This document shows positions 63,464 through 64,000 of a DNA stretch of 64,000 bases, in pieces. Within the stretch, counting starts at the first letter, position 1. Each line of letters opens with the position of its first letter. Under the pieces are notes generated by a model. It was not told where the DNA came from. It made no database searches and saw only the letters and a program-made list of their open reading frames with translations. The DNA is from an uncultured Planctomycetia bacterium (GTDB lineage: Bacteria; Omnitrophota; Gorgyraeia; Duberdicusellales; 4484-171): assembly GCA_964635565.1 (NCBI GenBank), contig CAZWON010000005.1:17736-81735 (forward strand), in the 5' to 3' direction. Position numbers and translations under genes: made by a program.

Positions 63464-64000
63464 ATGGAAGATAAAGATATAAATCAAAGAATTAAAGAAT
63501 TAGAAGAGGAATTAGAAAAAACTAAATCCCAATTCTATATCTTCTATGAACTTACTCAAGCAATGCGCACAACCTTAAGGTTAGATGAAATCTCTTATAT
63601 TATCCTTACCTGCTTAACTGCCCATCAAGGATTAGGATTTAATCGAGCAATTCTTTTCTTAATTGATGAAATAAAAAATACCATTAAGGGATTTATGGGT
63701 TTGGGTCCGGTAGACACTGAAGAAGCAAATAAAATCTGGAAGCTTATTGAGGAACAAAAAATGGACCTATATGCTTTAATAGAAACCTACCGACGCATAA
63801 AAGAAGGAAAATTTCAACCTAAACTTATGGAATTAACCCGCTCGTTAGAATTTCCTCTCCAGGAAAGCTCAGGTCTTATCTATGAAACATTATATGAAGT
63901 AGTGCCTATCTATATAAAAAATCATGATAGTGAAAAATACAAAGATGACCCTTTAATAAAAAAATTGAGCCTAAAAGAGTTTGTCCTCACTCCTCTTTGG
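63464..64000 (+). CDS. GAF-domain protein (5' partial, runs off the window end)
   Basis: Open frame from the ATG at 63464 to the window end (179 codons, no stop); LTAHQGLGFNRAILFLIDE is typical of GAF-domain sensors; not in the ORF track because it is incomplete. Confidence 0.5.
   Translation, partial: MEDKDINQRIKELEEELEKTKSQFYIFYELTQAMRTTLRLDEISYIILTCLTAHQGLGFNRAILFLIDEIKNTIKGFMGLGPVDTEEANKIWKLIEEQKMDLYALIETYRRIKEGKFQPKLMELTRSLEFPLQESSGLIYETLYEVVPIYIKNHDSEKYKDDPLIKKLSLKEFVLTPLW

Noticed and set aside
1-64000. Searched for CRISPR arrays, transposases/integrases, rRNA genes and additional tRNAs
   Set aside because: No regularly spaced 25-40-bp repeats with unique spacers, no DDE/tyrosine-recombinase ORFs, no rRNA-like GC-rich blocks; only one tRNA cloverleaf was found by eye (a covariance-model scan would be needed to be definitive).

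Overview
This is an AT-rich window (about one third GC by eye), with Lys/Glu/Ile-rich proteins and outer-membrane β-barrels ending in Phe, so it likely comes from a diderm, thermophile-like bacterium. About 68 genes are packed onto mostly minus-strand operons. The housekeeping core is hisI-hisF, tsaD, an S41 C-terminal processing protease, gatCAB, rlmN, an RsmB/F-type m5C methyltransferase, a SpoU/TrmJ-type methyltransferase, an HU protein, accA and a ComM/YifB ATPase. The largest block (40.3-56.6 kb) is a permuted MSHA-like type IV pilus (T4P) locus. It contains a PadR regulator, a single-domain receiver (REC), a degenerate GGDEF protein, a standalone T2SSE_N (MshEN-like) domain, two PilB/GspE ATPases, PilC, three pilins, two giant PilX_N-type minor pilins, PilMNOP, a secretin and an ExeA/GspA (MshM)-like ATPase with a second PilP-like protein. 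A second long operon looks like the MtnP-MtnA-class II aldolase-ALDH 'DHAP-shunt' route for MTA/5'-deoxyadenosine salvage, followed by an MMPL/RND exporter, a LolA-like DUF1329 protein and DUF1302-like outer-membrane barrels. Next to a tRNA-Met(CAU) there is a sparsely coded accessory-looking patch with a HARP-like PIN protein (candidate protein-only RNase P), a small basic ORF, a cupin, and two excisionase-type HTH proteins, one of them fused to a bactofilin. Two dispersed intergenic repeat families stand out. One is arrays of ~10-bp-phased ACACAGAT boxes arranged as converging inverted arrays. The other is a ~70-95 bp MITE-like element with AGCTCATAG terminal inverted repeats, one copy of which appears inserted into the centre of an ACACAGAT array. 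There are also several perfect palindromes and tandem repeats in promoter regions. I saw no CRISPR array, transposase or integrase.
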